Of a stretch of DNA of 64,000 nt, positions 1 to 14,647 are shown piece by piece. Every line of letters begins with the position of its first letter. Positions within the stretch are counted from its first letter, which is position 1. Position numbers and translations under genes: made by a program. This stretch comes from Eledone cirrhosa (lineage: Eukaryota), in the NCBI GenBank assembly GCA_964016885.1, contig OZ024741.1, forward strand, positions 104,966,001-105,030,000, read 5' to 3'. Under the pieces are notes generated by a model. It did not search any database, had not been told where the DNA came from, and saw only the letters and a list, made by a program, of their open reading frames with translations.

Positions 1-99
1 TCCAATATTACTCTAGCCCTGGCCGGCCATAGGATCCAACCTTTTTGCCAGACTCAGCATATGATGAGGTTTTATTACCACCGCAATCAGAAGCGATAA

Positions 100-425
100 A
101 TTTGAAGGCAATTTCTACCAATACTTGTTGGTTTTTATTGCTCATTATCGACAATAAATGACATTGAACAGAAATGATAACTCTGTCAAAGCTCACAATA
201 CTGATCAAAGGACACCAATATCTGAATCATTTACGTGGAATATTCATAGCAGTGAAGGCAATTTATACCAATACTTGTTGATATTTATTGTGCAACATAG
301 CAGTGAAAGCAATTTTTACCAATACTTGTTTGTTTTTATTGCTCATTAAATGACATTGAACATAAATGATAACTCTGTCAAAGCTCACAATACTGATCAA
401 AGGACACCAATGTCCGAATCATTGA
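100..425. repeat. 192 bp tandem duplication with ~54 bp sub-repeats downstream of the Helitron ORF
   Basis: atgacattgaaca..aaatgataactctgtcaaagctcacaatactgatcaaaggacaccaat at 158 and 350; gcaattt.taccaatacttgtt repeated near 108, 258 and 309. Confidence 0.8.
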
Positions 426-460
426 CGTCGCTTATTGATAGTATTAAAGATATGCATACA

Positions 461-3400
461 TCAGCTCAAAGCTTCAGTATAGACAATATTCAGGGTTGTT
501 CCTCTGTTAGTGGTATCAATTGCAAATTTTATACCATCAGGATCGCACACTCGAGATGCAGCAACATACAGTTGCCTATGGCTGAATGCTGGATCATTCA
601 AGTAGACACCGACTCGCTTGAAAGTCTGTCCCTGTGTCTTGTTGACAGTCATGGAAAAGGTCAAATTGACGGGAAACTGTCTCCTTTGCCAAACGAATGG
701 CAGCAAATTTCACTTGATCTCAGCATGATCATCGGAATGAGAACCGATTCCTCTCTGCCTGGGAATTTAGCTTCTAAAACTCTTCCGTTAATCAATCTCC
801 CAACAATCAATCTGGTACCATTGCAAAGGTCCATTTTATGATTGATATTTCTAAGCAATATAATCGGCATACCCTTTTACAACCTCAAAATATGTGAGGG
901 TATTTGAAGTGAATTCAGATACTCAGTCGGAACATCCATATCGTTCTGCTGATTAGGCTCCATTGCATCCGCACTGACGGTCAACTATTCCTCTCCAGGA
1001 AACATTCCGACTACTTGTGAATTTGTTTCATCGACCGTTGCATTCGTATGAGTTAGAATAACGCGTTCCGGTATCCAGGAGATATTCTGCCAAAAAGCAT
1101 TCAAATTAGGGAACACCCAGTCAATCAATGCTTGGCGGTCCAGTGGCATGACCAAATGGTCTTGGATTCTTACAGTCTAATTATCACCAACGTGTGGCAA
1201 TTCATCGTTTCTCAACTGCATCAACCATCGGCCGTATGTCTCAGCCTCTTCGTTTTGCTCGAACATACGAAGTCGCATATTATCGTGTAATCGCAAAACT
1301 CTGAAATGGCGTCACAACGGGGACTTTTTCAGACATGCATCGACAATTTGCGCTCTTTGAGCATTCCTAACAATTGGTAGCACCTGTCTGAAATCGCCAC
1401 CAAGAAGGATAGTCTTACCACCGAATGGCAGGTCACTACCGCAGATATCTCTCAAAGTTCTGTCCAATGCCTCCAGCAAATATCTGTGTGCCATTGGAGC
1501 CTCGTCCCAAATAATCAGAGACGTATTGCGTATAAGGCCCGCGAGTTCACTTTGTCCTGTAATGTTACAGACACTCAACTCATCCGGAGCCAATGGAACC
1601 TTGAAGCATGAGTGGAAGGTCCTTCCACCACTCATCAAAGTGGCAGCAATCCCACTGGTGGCCACAGGGAGAGCAATCTTCCTCTGAGCTCTGAGTGCCG
1701 ATAACATAGTGTTGAAACAGAATGTCTTTCCGGTGCCTCCTGGAGCTTCTATGAAAGCACAAAGTTGCTCATTAGTTGCTCAATCGAGTGGAGAATGCCA
1801 TCGACCAATTCTCTCTGAGATTGGGTCAACATTGGTATACGTTCATCCACAATACGTTGCTGTTCCAGTGGATCAAACTGGAATAGTTCCCTCCGATCGA
1901 GTGGCAACCGTCTAAGCTGCAATCTCATGTTCAATGCTAAGACACGTTGCCGCATTTCTTCATCAGGAATTGGCAAATTGAAATCTCTTAAAAATTTGAA
2001 ATGAACTTCAAGCAGTTGCTCAATATTGAGCAAAACAATAGCTTTCATCAAATTTTCATCATCTACCTGAAGATGATGCCTAAAATCACCAGCCATAATT
2101 CCCCAATGGATTTCAAATAACTCTCTTGGATCGGCAGGATTGCAAAATCCTAGAATCGTGACAAACAACTTCCTTATTTGAGCTGGCATCTGTGTTGTTC
2201 CTGCAGCTTCCATGGCGTTATTCCATTCAGCGTCATCCTGAAGGAGTCCCAGATGCTAACACACAGCCTGGTATGTTTCATATTCCACGCCATTGATTGT
2301 TTTCAAATCAGCGAAGCTCTGTTTACCTCTCGAAAAATCATTATGCAACAGAATTCGCAGATAAAACACATCACCAGATGCTGGATGGTAATTACAAACC
2401 CGTCCAATAGCCATGAATCTCAACTTTTGTTTTCTATCATTCGATTTCTTTCCCTTCTTATCCCACGTATAGTGCGAAGGGAAATCACAGTAGTGTTGCC
2501 TTTGATCCGGGTTCAAAGCATGTTCCCTATTATGCTTGAATCACTCAGTCAATTCCGTCATAGGAGGTGGTGCGTTAGCAATTCTTTCGACACCTCTTCT
2601 AGTGTCCTGAAAACAGACCATTTGCCTATTCTCTAAGTGAACCGTGAGTTTCTGAACGCTGGGTTTGCGTTCATTGAGATCAAAATCGAACAATCTCCAG
2701 CAAGCTTCGCTAGATCCAATCGAGCGAACACCCTAGATATTTGCAAGCTTTCACTGAGTTACAAATTTCCACATTAATATGACAACGATATTTCATAATC
2801 AAATATGGATTGTATGGCACAACCCATTTATTTGTAACCTGTCGACCGTTTACATTTTCGACCAAACCGCCATCTGCAGGTGACCGTCTTCTGTATGAGG
2901 GATGAGCATCCCATCGTTCCAGGAAGTTTTCGTGACAAAAGATTTCGGAAAGTGGTTACTGCATTGGCCATTTTTCATGAAAGCGCTTTCCGATTTGCCA
3001 CTCCGCATTGGTTGTGTACCATTGACTTTGCCACCAAATTGCGTAGTGCCTCATTTTCCGGCAGTTCAGCACACACAACGCTGTCGACATCCTCAGTATA
3101 TCTCAGTTTGCAATCTCTATGTAAAATCATCAGCAAATGTGCATGTGGCAATCCTCTTTTTTGGAATTCAATTACGTATGTAAAAGCAACTATAGCTCCA
3201 AATATTCCCTCTTTTCCCACATCATCCATTATCTTTTTCAGATATCCTTTGAATACTCTTGCACAATATCAGGACGGTCCTTTGGCTGTTGTCCTGTCAA
3301 AAGTGAATCCTTAATATCAGTGCATTCAGGATTGCATGTAACCGTTATAAACAAATCTGGCTTTCCAAACTTTCTGACAATAGCCATTGCATCCTGATAG

Positions 3401-5545
3401 CGAATGTTCATATATTTCGGGCCGCCGATGAACGACGATGGCAAAATGATGCGTCGACCAATTTGCTTGTAATTGGCATCATCAGCTGTTATCGCATCCT
3501 GTATATTATTATACAATTCAGCTCTGATATGTTGCTGATGTATAGCTATATAATTTAGCCTTTGATTTTCGATCTTTGCGAATGCCATACAACAGTATTC
3601 CTGGAACAATCTGCTGGCTTGAAATAGGGCATTTCTCTGTTGATTCCTCTCGTTCAAATGGAACGCGTAAAAGTCGCGAATCGAATTATTGTGTTTATTG
3701 CCGCCTCCCTGTTGATGCTGATTCGCATGATCATCTAAATGAACAGACATGTTCCATCCATTTTCGCCTTTTGGGAATAAAATAACATAATGAAATGGAT
3801 CGTATGCCTTATTTGACTCATTGATAGTCTTGAGACCACCATCTCTGCGATTGAGGACGATATCTCTCGATCCAGGCTTATCGTCCATCAACACAGCAAC
3901 TTCACGAAATCCTTCAGGGGCATTATATCACCGTTCGTGTTGATTCCTTGGCACTGCGTCAGCCTTAATCACCAATGTTTGCTGCTGAACATTTTGCAGT
4001 TCAGCCACCAACATGAAATCCATAACATAAGGATTACATTGTCTAAGCCATGATTGCAAATCACGGATCAAATCACTTAACCTTTGCCGTTCAAGTTCAG
4101 TTATATTTCCCGGCAACTTCATCCAACCGATCCTGATATCCTCCTCCGATTCACTATAATCTGGATCGTTAACGTAAATTTGAGCGAATCGAGGCCTCTC
4201 TCCGGGGGTAACTTCTAAATTACCGATACAATGATACAAACGGCCTTGAATGACTACATTGCCATGCTCCACTCTCAAACATCTCACTAACTCTCTGCGA
4301 TGCTAAAGCTAATGAATTGTTCATTTGCCGCGAATATTTGCGCAGTAATCTACCTCGGTCTCCTTGATCACCCCACATACTTAGTATTTTAAACTCCGGT
4401 GACTCCTCATCATCCGGCATTCGCAAGGGTTCTAGTTGAAATACTCCTTTATGACAGCACATTGTGGTCCACATCTTTTCGTGCCTCCAAAGCAATGCTC
4501 CACAATGTGGACACTCTGCTCGTCCACCAATCTGAAAATGACACGGTTGCCATGATCCATTTTTAATATCATCCGTTCGCCTTCTAGCCTCTTTACTGGA
4601 ATGAGGAGCACTTTGGCGACACATTCTCTGGACTTCTGTATTGCGCTGGCGCTGTTCAGCCAGCTCCCCTTCATCCATCGCAGCACACCGTTGCTGCTGC
4701 ATTCCGGCCATCTGCTGATGATGCTCAGCCAGTTCGTCTTCAACATCGCAGCACGCCGTCGCTGCTTGGCCCCAGTGTTTCGTTGGCGTTGTTCAGCCAG
4801 CTCCTCTTCATTCATGGCGGCACGTCTTCGCCTCTGAAGTTCGGCGTTCCGATGGCGCTGTTCGGCCCGTTTTTCTTCATTCCTGGCTGCACGCCGTCGC
4901 CGCTGTAGTTCACTGTTTGATAAAGTCGAATTGCTTTTATCAGTACTCATTTCGAGCAATTGTCAAAAAATGACACAATAATAAATATAAAAGATGTCCG
5001 TCAATGTAAAAAAGGTCTCTATTTACTCCTTTCACAACTCTGTGTATGTTAGACTGACAGACAGGCACACAGACAGATAAACTGCGTGGCGATTGTGGAA
5101 CGCCGCACGTACACACACATACACGCATGGAAACGCGCACACGCACGCAAACTTACACACGCACCCGTGCACTTACACACACACACTCACACATGTTGAT
5201 AGTTTTTACTTTCTGTGGAATGCTGCATGCACACACACATAAACATACGCGCACGTACATACACAGGCACACATGTTAATAGTTATTGCTTTCCTTCCCC
5301 TCTTATTTCCACACACATAACACACACAGATGTCTCTACACTGACACATATACATAGTGTATCCAACACAGCGTTAACTTTGCCTCTGTTTCTTACTCTC
5401 CCCTCTCACTCCCTCATTTGCATTATGCATATTAATTTAAGTTTGGCGTCATTGAGGTGGGCGGAGTAGTTTGAAACCTATGAACCAATGATAATCGAGA
5501 ATTATGACACACGGAATACTGACATTGTTGAAATTAATATATATA
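461..5545 (-). mobile_element. Degraded autonomous-type Helitron (Rep/PIF1-like helicase, frameshifted)
   Basis: Consecutive minus-strand ORF fragments: Zn-finger CPHCGALLW..CCHKG (4220-4711), RFAQIY (3928-4287), Rep motifs GKPDLFITVTCNP (3238-3894) and VIEFQKRGLPHAH (2975-3229), FYLRILL (2256-2516), helicase motifs VATSGIAA/WDEAPM/GGDFRQVLP (1312-1707), LCNGTRL (661-870), QFPV..TVNKTQGQT..QLYVAASRV (461-706). The 5' end is only approximately placed at the TA tract near 5545. Confidence 0.93.
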
Positions 5546-5550
5546 TTTAT

Positions 5551-5731
5551 ATACAAATGAATATATGATAGGGATAAACACTGATACAAGTATACATGTG
5601 TTTGCATTGCAAATGACCAAGTTAGCTAGATTGAAAATTAGTATTTTTCAATCTAGCTAACTTGGTCATTTGCAATGCAAACACATGTATACTTGTATCA
5701 GTGTTTATCCCTATCCTATATTCATTTGTAT
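5551..5731. repeat. Near-perfect fold-back inverted repeat (87 bp arms, 7 bp spacer)
   Basis: 5551-5637 is the reverse complement of 5645-5731. Confidence 0.9.
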
Positions 5732-5952
5732 TACACGGCTCAGAAATATTCCTTTCTTTGAGCTATTTAATTGTAAAAGACTATTTGAGTTTATAACTCT
5801 ATATATAATATTCTCCGCTCCGTACGTGAGCTAATTTTTAGTCCCATAAAACCGGCTGCTATTTTTAGCGGCACGAGTATGAGACAAGCTAGGCGCTGTG
5901 ACACATGTGCGTTCAACAACACATTTTTCTCAGTCTTCTTAAGTAATTTCTG

Positions 5953-6043
5953 GATACCTGCAGAAGAGCACAGGAATAGGAACTTTCACTTAATTGTTGC
6001 GAAACAAATTTAAAATTCATAATTAAAAATTTGTCCAGGTATC
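5953..6043 (+). ncRNA. Hammerhead-like motif, U4A core, in a ~302 bp terminally redundant unit
   Basis: gatacctg CAGAAGA gca..tgc GAAA caaatt..aatttg TC caggtatc (8 bp stem I); direct repeat 5747-5810 / 6049-6112. Confidence 0.65.
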
Positions 6044-6606
6044 ACGGCTATTCCTTTCTTTGAGCTATTTAATTGTAAAAGACTATTTGAGTTTATAACT
6101 CTATATATAATATATATATATATCATCATCATCATCATCATTTTACGTCCGCTTTTCCCTGCTTATATATATATTTCTGTTAAAAAATCTCACAGCTGAT
6201 CTGAACTCATCCTGAGTTCGTCGCAACGTTAAATTTGTTTCGGTATTAATCAAATTCAATGTTGTTTGGTGTCTTTCATAAAGATAATCGCTTCAATCTC
6301 TCATACATACATAACAACGGATTATTTATTAAATTCAATTTAGATATATCTAATGGCGATAGTGCTCGTTGAGAAGAATATGGCAATTATAGAAGAATAA
6401 TGATATGTTTAAAACATGTGTAAGTAGAAAAACAAGGTACTTATATTTCATTAATAGAAACGTATAGTCTATTTTGAATTCTAATTGAAGAAAAAATCAA
6501 GAATATGTATTTCAATGTATTGTGTATTTATTTCAATGTATTGTGTATAAGATATATTCCATAGAGTAAAAGTAAATGTGTGCGCATATATACATATACA
6601 TATATA

Positions 6607-6633
6607 GCGAGAGAGAGAGAGAGAGAGATAGAC

Positions 6634-6718
<85 letters not shown>
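6607..6718. repeat. (GA)n microsatellite
   Basis: Direct reading. Confidence 0.95.
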
Positions 6719-6719
<1 letters not shown>

Positions 6720-7007
6720 GTGTGCTTGTATGTATGTGTGAGTTTGAATATATATATATATATGGATATACTCAAGACGTTTTAAGGTACACTCAAGAAG
6801 TTTTGAAACTTTTTCTTTTCAGGTACTTTTAATTGATCTACGTAAATGTCGCTCTAATACATCCTTGATATGGTTATAATATGCTAACATGCCAAATCTT
6901 TCAAATTGATTCCAGAGTCAGTCCCGATCAACACAGATCGAATCTTTAGCTGATCAATCACGAAACACGTGTCACAACAAATTTAATGGAAATTTTATGC
7001 CTCGTCC

Positions 7008-7967
<960 letters not shown>

Positions 7968-8033
7968 GACACCTCGTCCATATTATCATTAATATATCTA
8001 TCTATATCTATATATATATATATATATATATCG

Positions 8034-8175
8034 ACGCAGGCATGGCTGTGTGGTTAAGAGTGTGCCGGTTCCACTGCGCAACGCATTTGGCAAGTATATT
8101 CTACTATACATAATCTTGGATAGACCAATACTTGTGAGTGAAATTTGAGCGGATGAAAACTATGGAAGCCCCTCA
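8034..8175 (+). mobile_element. Degenerate tRNA-derived SINE fragment
   Basis: gcaggcatggctgtgtggttaagag (A-box-like), followed by ttggcaagtatattctacta (CORE-like) and cttgtgagtgaaattt. Confidence 0.45.
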
Positions 8176-8389
8176 TATATATATATATATATATTAGGTA
8201 TAGGATTATCCTGGATGCAGTAATGGTTAATTACTACACTGGATAGAGTTGACGTACAGTGAGGGGTTACTCAACGAGTTATGGAAGAATAGTTGAAGAA
8301 ACTCAGTTCCTGATCCTTCTGTATTCCGGAGTGTAGATAAAGAATGAATAATAACAGGTAGACATCATAAAAAGGTAATTTATTCCGTG

Positions 8390-8501
8390 TGCTTACAAAT
8401 GTTTCCACGGTGGTTATAGAGCCTAGTTATGCTATGTGCAAATTTATAACTATTTGCAAAACTCAATTATCAAATGCTGTGACCACTGTATCATCAGAGC
8501 A
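8390..8501 (-). ncRNA. Type I hammerhead ribozyme motif with long stem II insertion
   Basis: Minus strand: tgct CTGATGA tacagtggt..accaccgtg GAAA catttg TA agca, followed by AATAAA. Confidence 0.75.
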
Positions 8502-9033
8502 GAATGATTAAAATGTTAAATGTAAATACCCATAAGTGAGGTTATTGGGGAAGATAGAGTAGAAAAGTAAAAGAGAAAGAAGGGAAGAGGCAGAGAGGGA
8601 GAGAGATATGCAGAGGTTGGAGAAATGGGAGAGAGTGGTTTGTAGAATACAGATATATTAATCAAAATGTTGTGGTAGGGGTTTTATTATACTGGTTACT
8701 CTTAAAACGACAACATTAAGCGATGCGTTGATAGTTAAGGTTGGAATTAATTATTGCCACAGAGGGAAGGTTCATAGATGTGGAGAGGGAGGGAGGTGGA
8801 CCGAGGGCGAGAGAGAGAGTGAGAGAGAGAGAAGGAGGGAGAGAGGGGTGGAGAGAGAGGGAGAGATAGAGAGGGGACAGATGACAGCTATGGGATGGGT
8901 GTACATTGAGTTCATAGTTGTAGGCTACAAATTGCACTAAGTATCCATTTATAGTGATAAGCAGGATATTGTCTTTAGTGTGGGGGATATAGTTAAGAAG
9001 TTGTTATTGAGAGAAAGTAGTTAGCTAGAAAGC

Positions 9034-9077
<44 letters not shown>

Positions 9078-9145
9078 GTATAGTACTAGGAAAAAGAAAA
9101 ACTAAGCATGAAGTAAAGGTCAGAGGAGAAAGATTTAGATTCCGT

Positions 9146-9238
9146 TCTTTAACATATGTTTTAATACAATATCAGTCTACGAGTGCTAACTGCATATTAT
9201 TATGCTCAATCGCAAAATATTGTACTTCATCAGAAAGA
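9146..9238 (-). ncRNA. Degenerate hammerhead motif (GAAA to AAAA)
   Basis: Minus strand: tcttt CTGATGA agtacaatatt..gatattgtatt AAAA catatg TT aaaga; palindromic stem III. Confidence 0.6.
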
Positions 9239-9721
9239 GCATAGTGTACATAGTTCAAGGTGAGGTCGCTGCATCTTACAGTAAGGATTTTCTTACTGCT
9301 ATCTACTCGGACTTAAAGGCAACTGGTCCACACTAATAGAAATGAAGTAGAAAAGGTAGGCGTAAGAGACACAAGTAAAAATGGGACTGTTACCGTACCT
9401 CCTGCAATGACCATGTCGAGAAAAATACTTTGGTAAGCAATCTTCCTTATATACTTTGTTTGCACATTGATTTTAACCTGATAAACAAATTTTAACCTGA
9501 CATGCCAGCATCAACAGTTTTCCAAGAGATGGCAACATGAATGGATCTGTTATTCTTCTATAAAAACATTTTTTCCAATCCCACCCCGCCTGTCCCTTCA
9601 ATCTATCTAATTTCTCATTCTTTCTTCTGATGAAGATCCTCTTCCTGCTATTTCAAGCGTTAAACTAATATATTCCTTCCATATACTCTACTAATTGTAT
9701 CGTTATTTCTGTTTACCATTT

Positions 9722-9767
<46 letters not shown>

Positions 9768-9868
9768 ATATATGTATATATATAGTGAAAAATGGAACGG
9801 GAACAAAACAGAGAGGCAGTACGAACAAAGGTTTATTAGTTTCACGCTCTTGAGAGTGGGGGGGGGGG

Positions 9869-9900
9869 GACGTTTCTGGCATAAGCCCTTCTTCAGGGGA
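9869..9900 (-). ncRNA. Minimal hammerhead core remnant (stem I not paired)
   Basis: Minus strand: cccc TGAAGA agggc ttat gcca GAAA cg TC; AATAAA follows. Adjacent 9967-10265 is repeated at 32822-33115. Confidence 0.45.
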
Positions 9901-10947
9901 AAAGTGTGTGGGAAGAGAGTTCTAGGGGAGTGGGGGAGAGACATTTAGAAAAAAGGGGGTGACAGGAAACGGTGGAAGGGGTACAAATGAAAATAAATAG
10001 AAAAACATAATAAAATTAAAAATAAACATGAAGATAAACAAATGGTGGAAGAGTGTGGGGCGTGTAGGGGTGGTGGAGGGTGGAGTGGGGAGAGGGAGGT
10101 GGGGTGTCCGAGCGGGGAGGGCTGAAGGTGGTGTGTGTGTAGGTGTACGTGTGTGTGTGTGTGTGTGTATGTGAATGTGAGAGTTGGGGGAAGAACGGGG
10201 TTCCATGTTCATGAAAAGGTGTGTGTGGGGTGGGGTGTAAGTCGGTGTGTGTGTGCGTGTGTGGATGGGGAGGGGTCAGAGGGGTGGGGGTGGGGATTCC
10301 GGAGGCTGAGTTTGTAAATATGTGGGGGTATGCACGTGTGTGTGGTGTTTATACGTATTGTGATGTGGGTGGCGTGTGGGGAAAAATATATTTGTGAGTG
10401 TATGTCCGTGGGTAAGTTCCTAAGGTAGTTCCGTAGAGGGTGTGGTGGGGTGCCGGATATTTTCCTAGTGATGGAGTTGATTCATGGGAATGTGTGTGTG
10501 TGTGTATACACTCATTTGTTGCATATTATATGTTAGATTCCTCTAGGCCCGTTCTATGTTATACACATTTACATTGTGATGTCTCTAATTAATTTAGTAA
10601 ACATTGAATTTCTTCTCAAGCACCTTGCTATATAGATATGTGAAGGACATCTCCAGCTGTTACCTCCGTATATATACTCACTCACTCGCAAATATAATGG
10701 CAATCATATATACAGGGTGTTCAAAAAAATATTATTAGAATGCTGTTTATTAGAATGTTGTTAAAGTGTGTATACATTTTTTTAATATATATTCATTCAA
10801 TTAAGAGTACCAAGACTGACTATGAAATGAATATGTAAAATCTACTTCGGTACTGAGTTCTCTTTTCTCTCAGTCGCCAAATACACACACACACACACGC
10901 ATACACACACGCGTACGCACACATACATGCCCCCCCTCCGCCACACA

Positions 10948-11072
<125 letters not shown>

Positions 11073-11084
11073 TTAATATAGATG

Positions 11085-11135
11085 AGATTCTACAGGACTA
11101 GAACTGTTTCATTCTTTAGAAATCATCAGGAATCT
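11085..11135 (-). ncRNA. Type I hammerhead ribozyme motif
   Basis: Minus strand: agattc CTGATGA tttc taaa gaat GAAA cag..ctg TA gaatct. Confidence 0.8.
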
Positions 11136-11226
11136 GTGTATCCAAAAATAAAAGTGGTATATATAGGTCTTTTCAGGTGGTAGGAGAGGGTGGGGAGTGG
11201 AATGGGTAGAGGTCATTGGTTGATAG

Positions 11227-11760
11227 AAAAGGGAATTCATTAAAAGCTAATTCTTTAAAGCTATAATTTATATTTAGAGTGACAAAGGCAGAAAGAATTC
11301 TATAAACAAGTTCAGATTGGGGTGCCACTCTTTATTTTTAAGTTTCTCTTAAGCTAACAATGCCTATATTTTAGGTGTCTATAAGATCGTTGGGGGTTGG
11401 TCATGGTTGAAGGATTTAAAGAAAAGGGAATTCATTAAAAGCTAATTCTTTAAAGCTATAATTTATATTTAGAGTGACAAAGGCAGAAAGAATTCTATAA
11501 ACAAGTTCAGAATGGGGTGCCACTCTTTATTTTTAAGTTTCTCTTAAGCTAACAATGCCTATATTTTAGGTGTCTATTAGATCGTTGGGGGTCAGTCATG
11601 GTTGATGGATTTAAAGAAAAGGGAAATTCTTTAAAAGCTAATTCTTTAAGATTCTACTTAGTGACAAAGGCCTAGAGAATTCTATAGACCAGTTCAAAAT
11701 ATTGAGTGCCTATCATACCATTATCTTCAAATTTCTCTTAAGCTATATTCCAGGTGTCAA
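11227..11760. repeat. ~195 bp tandem repeat, about 2.7 copies
   Basis: aaaagggaa..ttc.ttaaaagctaattcttt at 11227, 11422 and ~11617. Confidence 0.85.
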
Positions 11761-11855
11761 CAGACACATTCACAAACACACACATACACACACACACGCA
11801 CCCATATATACACATATATACATATATATATACATATATATATACCCATATATAT

Positions 11856-11926
<71 letters not shown>

Positions 11927-12046
11927 TACACACACATATACATATACACATACACACATACACATACACGTATATATACATACATATATATATTCGATTT
12001 TCAGCCCCATGGATTTTATCTATTACATTCACGTATTATATTTCGA

Positions 12047-12104
12047 ATACCTGATGATATCACCGGATTCATACGGAACCCGGTCATTGAAATGATCATA
12101 GTAT
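12047..12104 (+). ncRNA. Type I hammerhead ribozyme motif
   Basis: atac CTGATGA tatcaccgg..ccggtcatt GAAA tgatca TA gtat, immediately followed by AATAAA. Confidence 0.8.
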
Positions 12105-12295
12105 AATAAACCTTTCAAGGATTTACACAAATCCAGCCTCCTGTCATTTCATTATAATATTTAACTCCGTAATAGCACCACCAACTACAAAAACAAAGAC
12201 GGTTGAACTGCTTTACGTTGAGTACTCTCTATATTATTGCATTACGATTGACCATACGGAATAGACCAGCTCTATACAGTGGTGAACCTCAAACC

Positions 12296-12377
<82 letters not shown>

Positions 12378-12669
12378 AAAACAAATAACGAAACGAAATT
12401 AAATTTCGTTTCGTTTGTAACTCACTTTTGTGTGACTGGCGCTTAAACAATTAAATTAAAAATGTACATCCACATATGTATACTGAAATACTAGTATGCA
12501 TATGAATACACACACGTGTACATATGTAGATGTACCGAGTTTTTCACTGGACACTTTACTGTGAGTGTCCAGCTATTCTGTATGTAAACACACAGACAAA
12601 CCGGTTTTTAGAGTCATACTGGTTTTCGAGGAAACACCTTTCCTATATTCTCCAGAAAGCCAGACAAGG

Positions 12670-12714
12670 AATATTGGACTAGTTTCGATGTTGTTACATC
12701 TCATCAGCAATATT
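12670..12714 (-). ncRNA. Minimal type I hammerhead ribozyme (inverted copy)
   Basis: Reverse complement of 12920-12964. Confidence 0.85.
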
Positions 12715-12919
12715 TACCTATCTTCCGGCCTTTCTAGAGAATCGTAAAAGCACATATCGTTATATGCTTTTTCTATGAAAATTAGTAGTGGGCAGACTAA
12801 TTTGCATAGAGCGTGAGTACGTACCGGTTCAGATTAGTCTGCCCACTACTAATTTTCATAGAAAAAGCATATAACGATATGTGCTTTTACGATTCTCTAG
12901 AAAGGCCGGAAGATAGGTA

Positions 12920-12964
12920 AATATTGCTGATGAGATGTAACAACATCGAAACTAGTCCAATATT
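12920..12964 (+). ncRNA. Minimal type I hammerhead ribozyme
   Basis: aatattg CTGATGA gatgt aaca acatc GAAA ctag TC caatatt: perfect stems I and II, palindromic stem III, GUC cleavage triplet. Confidence 0.88.
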
Positions 12965-13182
12965 CCTTGTCTGGCTTTCTGGAGAATAGAGGAAAGGTGT
13001 TTCCTCGAAAACCAGTATGACTCTAAAAACCGGTTTGTCTGTGTGTTTACATACAGAATAGCTGGACACTCACAGTAAAGTGTCCAGTGAAAAACTCGGT
13101 ACATCTACATATGTACACGTGTGTGTATTCATATGCATACTAGTATTTCAGTATACATATGTGGATGTACATTTTTAATTTA

Positions 13183-13260
<78 letters not shown>

Positions 13261-13339
13261 CATATATAAACATATACACACACATACACATACATATACA
13301 CATATATATACATATACATACACATATACACATAAATAC

Positions 13340-13410
<71 letters not shown>

Positions 13411-13581
13411 CACACACATACATATATAAATATATATATATATATATATCTACACATATACATATACATACATACACACATACACATATATATCCACATA
13501 TATACACACATATATATACATATACACACACATATATACATATATATATATATATACACACATGCATACACATATATACAT

Positions 13582-13618
<37 letters not shown>

Positions 13619-13690
13619 CATATATATAAATATATACATACACACACATATACACATATATACATAAAACATACATATATATATATACAC

Positions 13691-13741
<51 letters not shown>

Positions 13742-13796
13742 CATATATACACACATATACACACACACATATATATATACACACATATACACAGAC

Positions 13797-13899
<103 letters not shown>

Positions 13900-13920
13900 T
13901 ATACACACATATACACACTC

Positions 13921-13951
<31 letters not shown>

Positions 13952-13965
13952 GACATATATACATA

Positions 13966-14250
13966 TAAAATAAAGTTAAATAAAAGTCAAATGATTAAAA
14001 TTTAGCTTCGTTTATTACTGCTATATATATTTCAGTGACAGCCATCTTTGGCTGTGACCTCTTCAGGCAGTTTGAATTAGTATGGTATAGACAATATTAT
14101 ACACCTCAACAACATATGTACTTGCCTATACCATACTAATTCAAACTGCCTGAAGAGGTCACAGCCAAAGATGGCTGTCACTGAAATATATATAGCAGTA
14201 ATAAACGAAGCTAAATTTTAATCATTTGATTTTTATTTAACTTTATTTTA
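13966..14250. repeat. Inverted repeat (129 bp arms) carrying an HHR in each arm
   Basis: 13966-14094 is the reverse complement of 14122-14250. Confidence 0.9.
14145..14199 (+). ncRNA. Type I hammerhead ribozyme motif (inverted copy at 14017-14071)
   Basis: actgc CTGAAGA ggtcacagcca aaga tggctgtcact GAAA tatata TA gcagt AATAAA. Confidence 0.82.
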
Positions 14251-14647
14251 CACTACTCCGGAGTAACCAAACCAACCAGCGCACTACGTCGCGTGCTCCA
14301 GCCTGCATACTGAGGTGTTGGTATACAACCAACATAAACTCAAAATCTCTATATATATATATTTCTCTCTCTCTATATATATATATATATAGTAATAATA
14401 ATAAATTTGAAGACTAAAATTCAAAGAGGGCTCGATAAGGATAAATATATATCAAATATACCATAAACGTGGTTCTGTCTTTGCGCGTAATTGTTTTTCA
14501 CCGCTCCTATTAATGACGTATTATATTCGTTTTTTCCCGTTCTTTGCCAGCGAACGTTTCCACGAACCAAAGTATCGTCTTCCTGTCTTGCTCCGGTTGC
14601 AACGTTTTTTGAAATATCCAGTTCTGCGTTTACAGATTGACTTTGTT

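Larger units (their letters stand above)
12447..13187. repeat. 355 bp-arm inverted repeat of an HHR-bearing non-autonomous element
   Basis: 12447-12801 is the reverse complement of 12833-13187 (identical 60 aa ORFs on opposite strands); same family as 34731-35254. Confidence 0.92.

Noticed and set aside
8-40. Possible Helitron 3' end (hairpin plus CTAG on the minus strand)
   Set aside because: CTAG is followed by A rather than T and the hairpin spacing is atypical; the true end may lie outside the window.
6905-6980. GAAA cacgtg TC suggesting an HHR 3' half
   Set aside because: No recognisable CUGANGA or stem I upstream.
9627-9670. CTGATGA motif (also at ~42422 and ~50840)
   Set aside because: No properly placed GAAA, stem II or stem I.
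10711-10790. Tc1-like terminal sequence tacagggtgttcaaaaaa
   Set aside because: No matching second TIR or transposase found.
12565-13069. Identical 60 aa ORF on both strands and again at 34882
   Set aside because: By-product of the inverted repeat; it overlaps the HHR antisense and has no protein motif.
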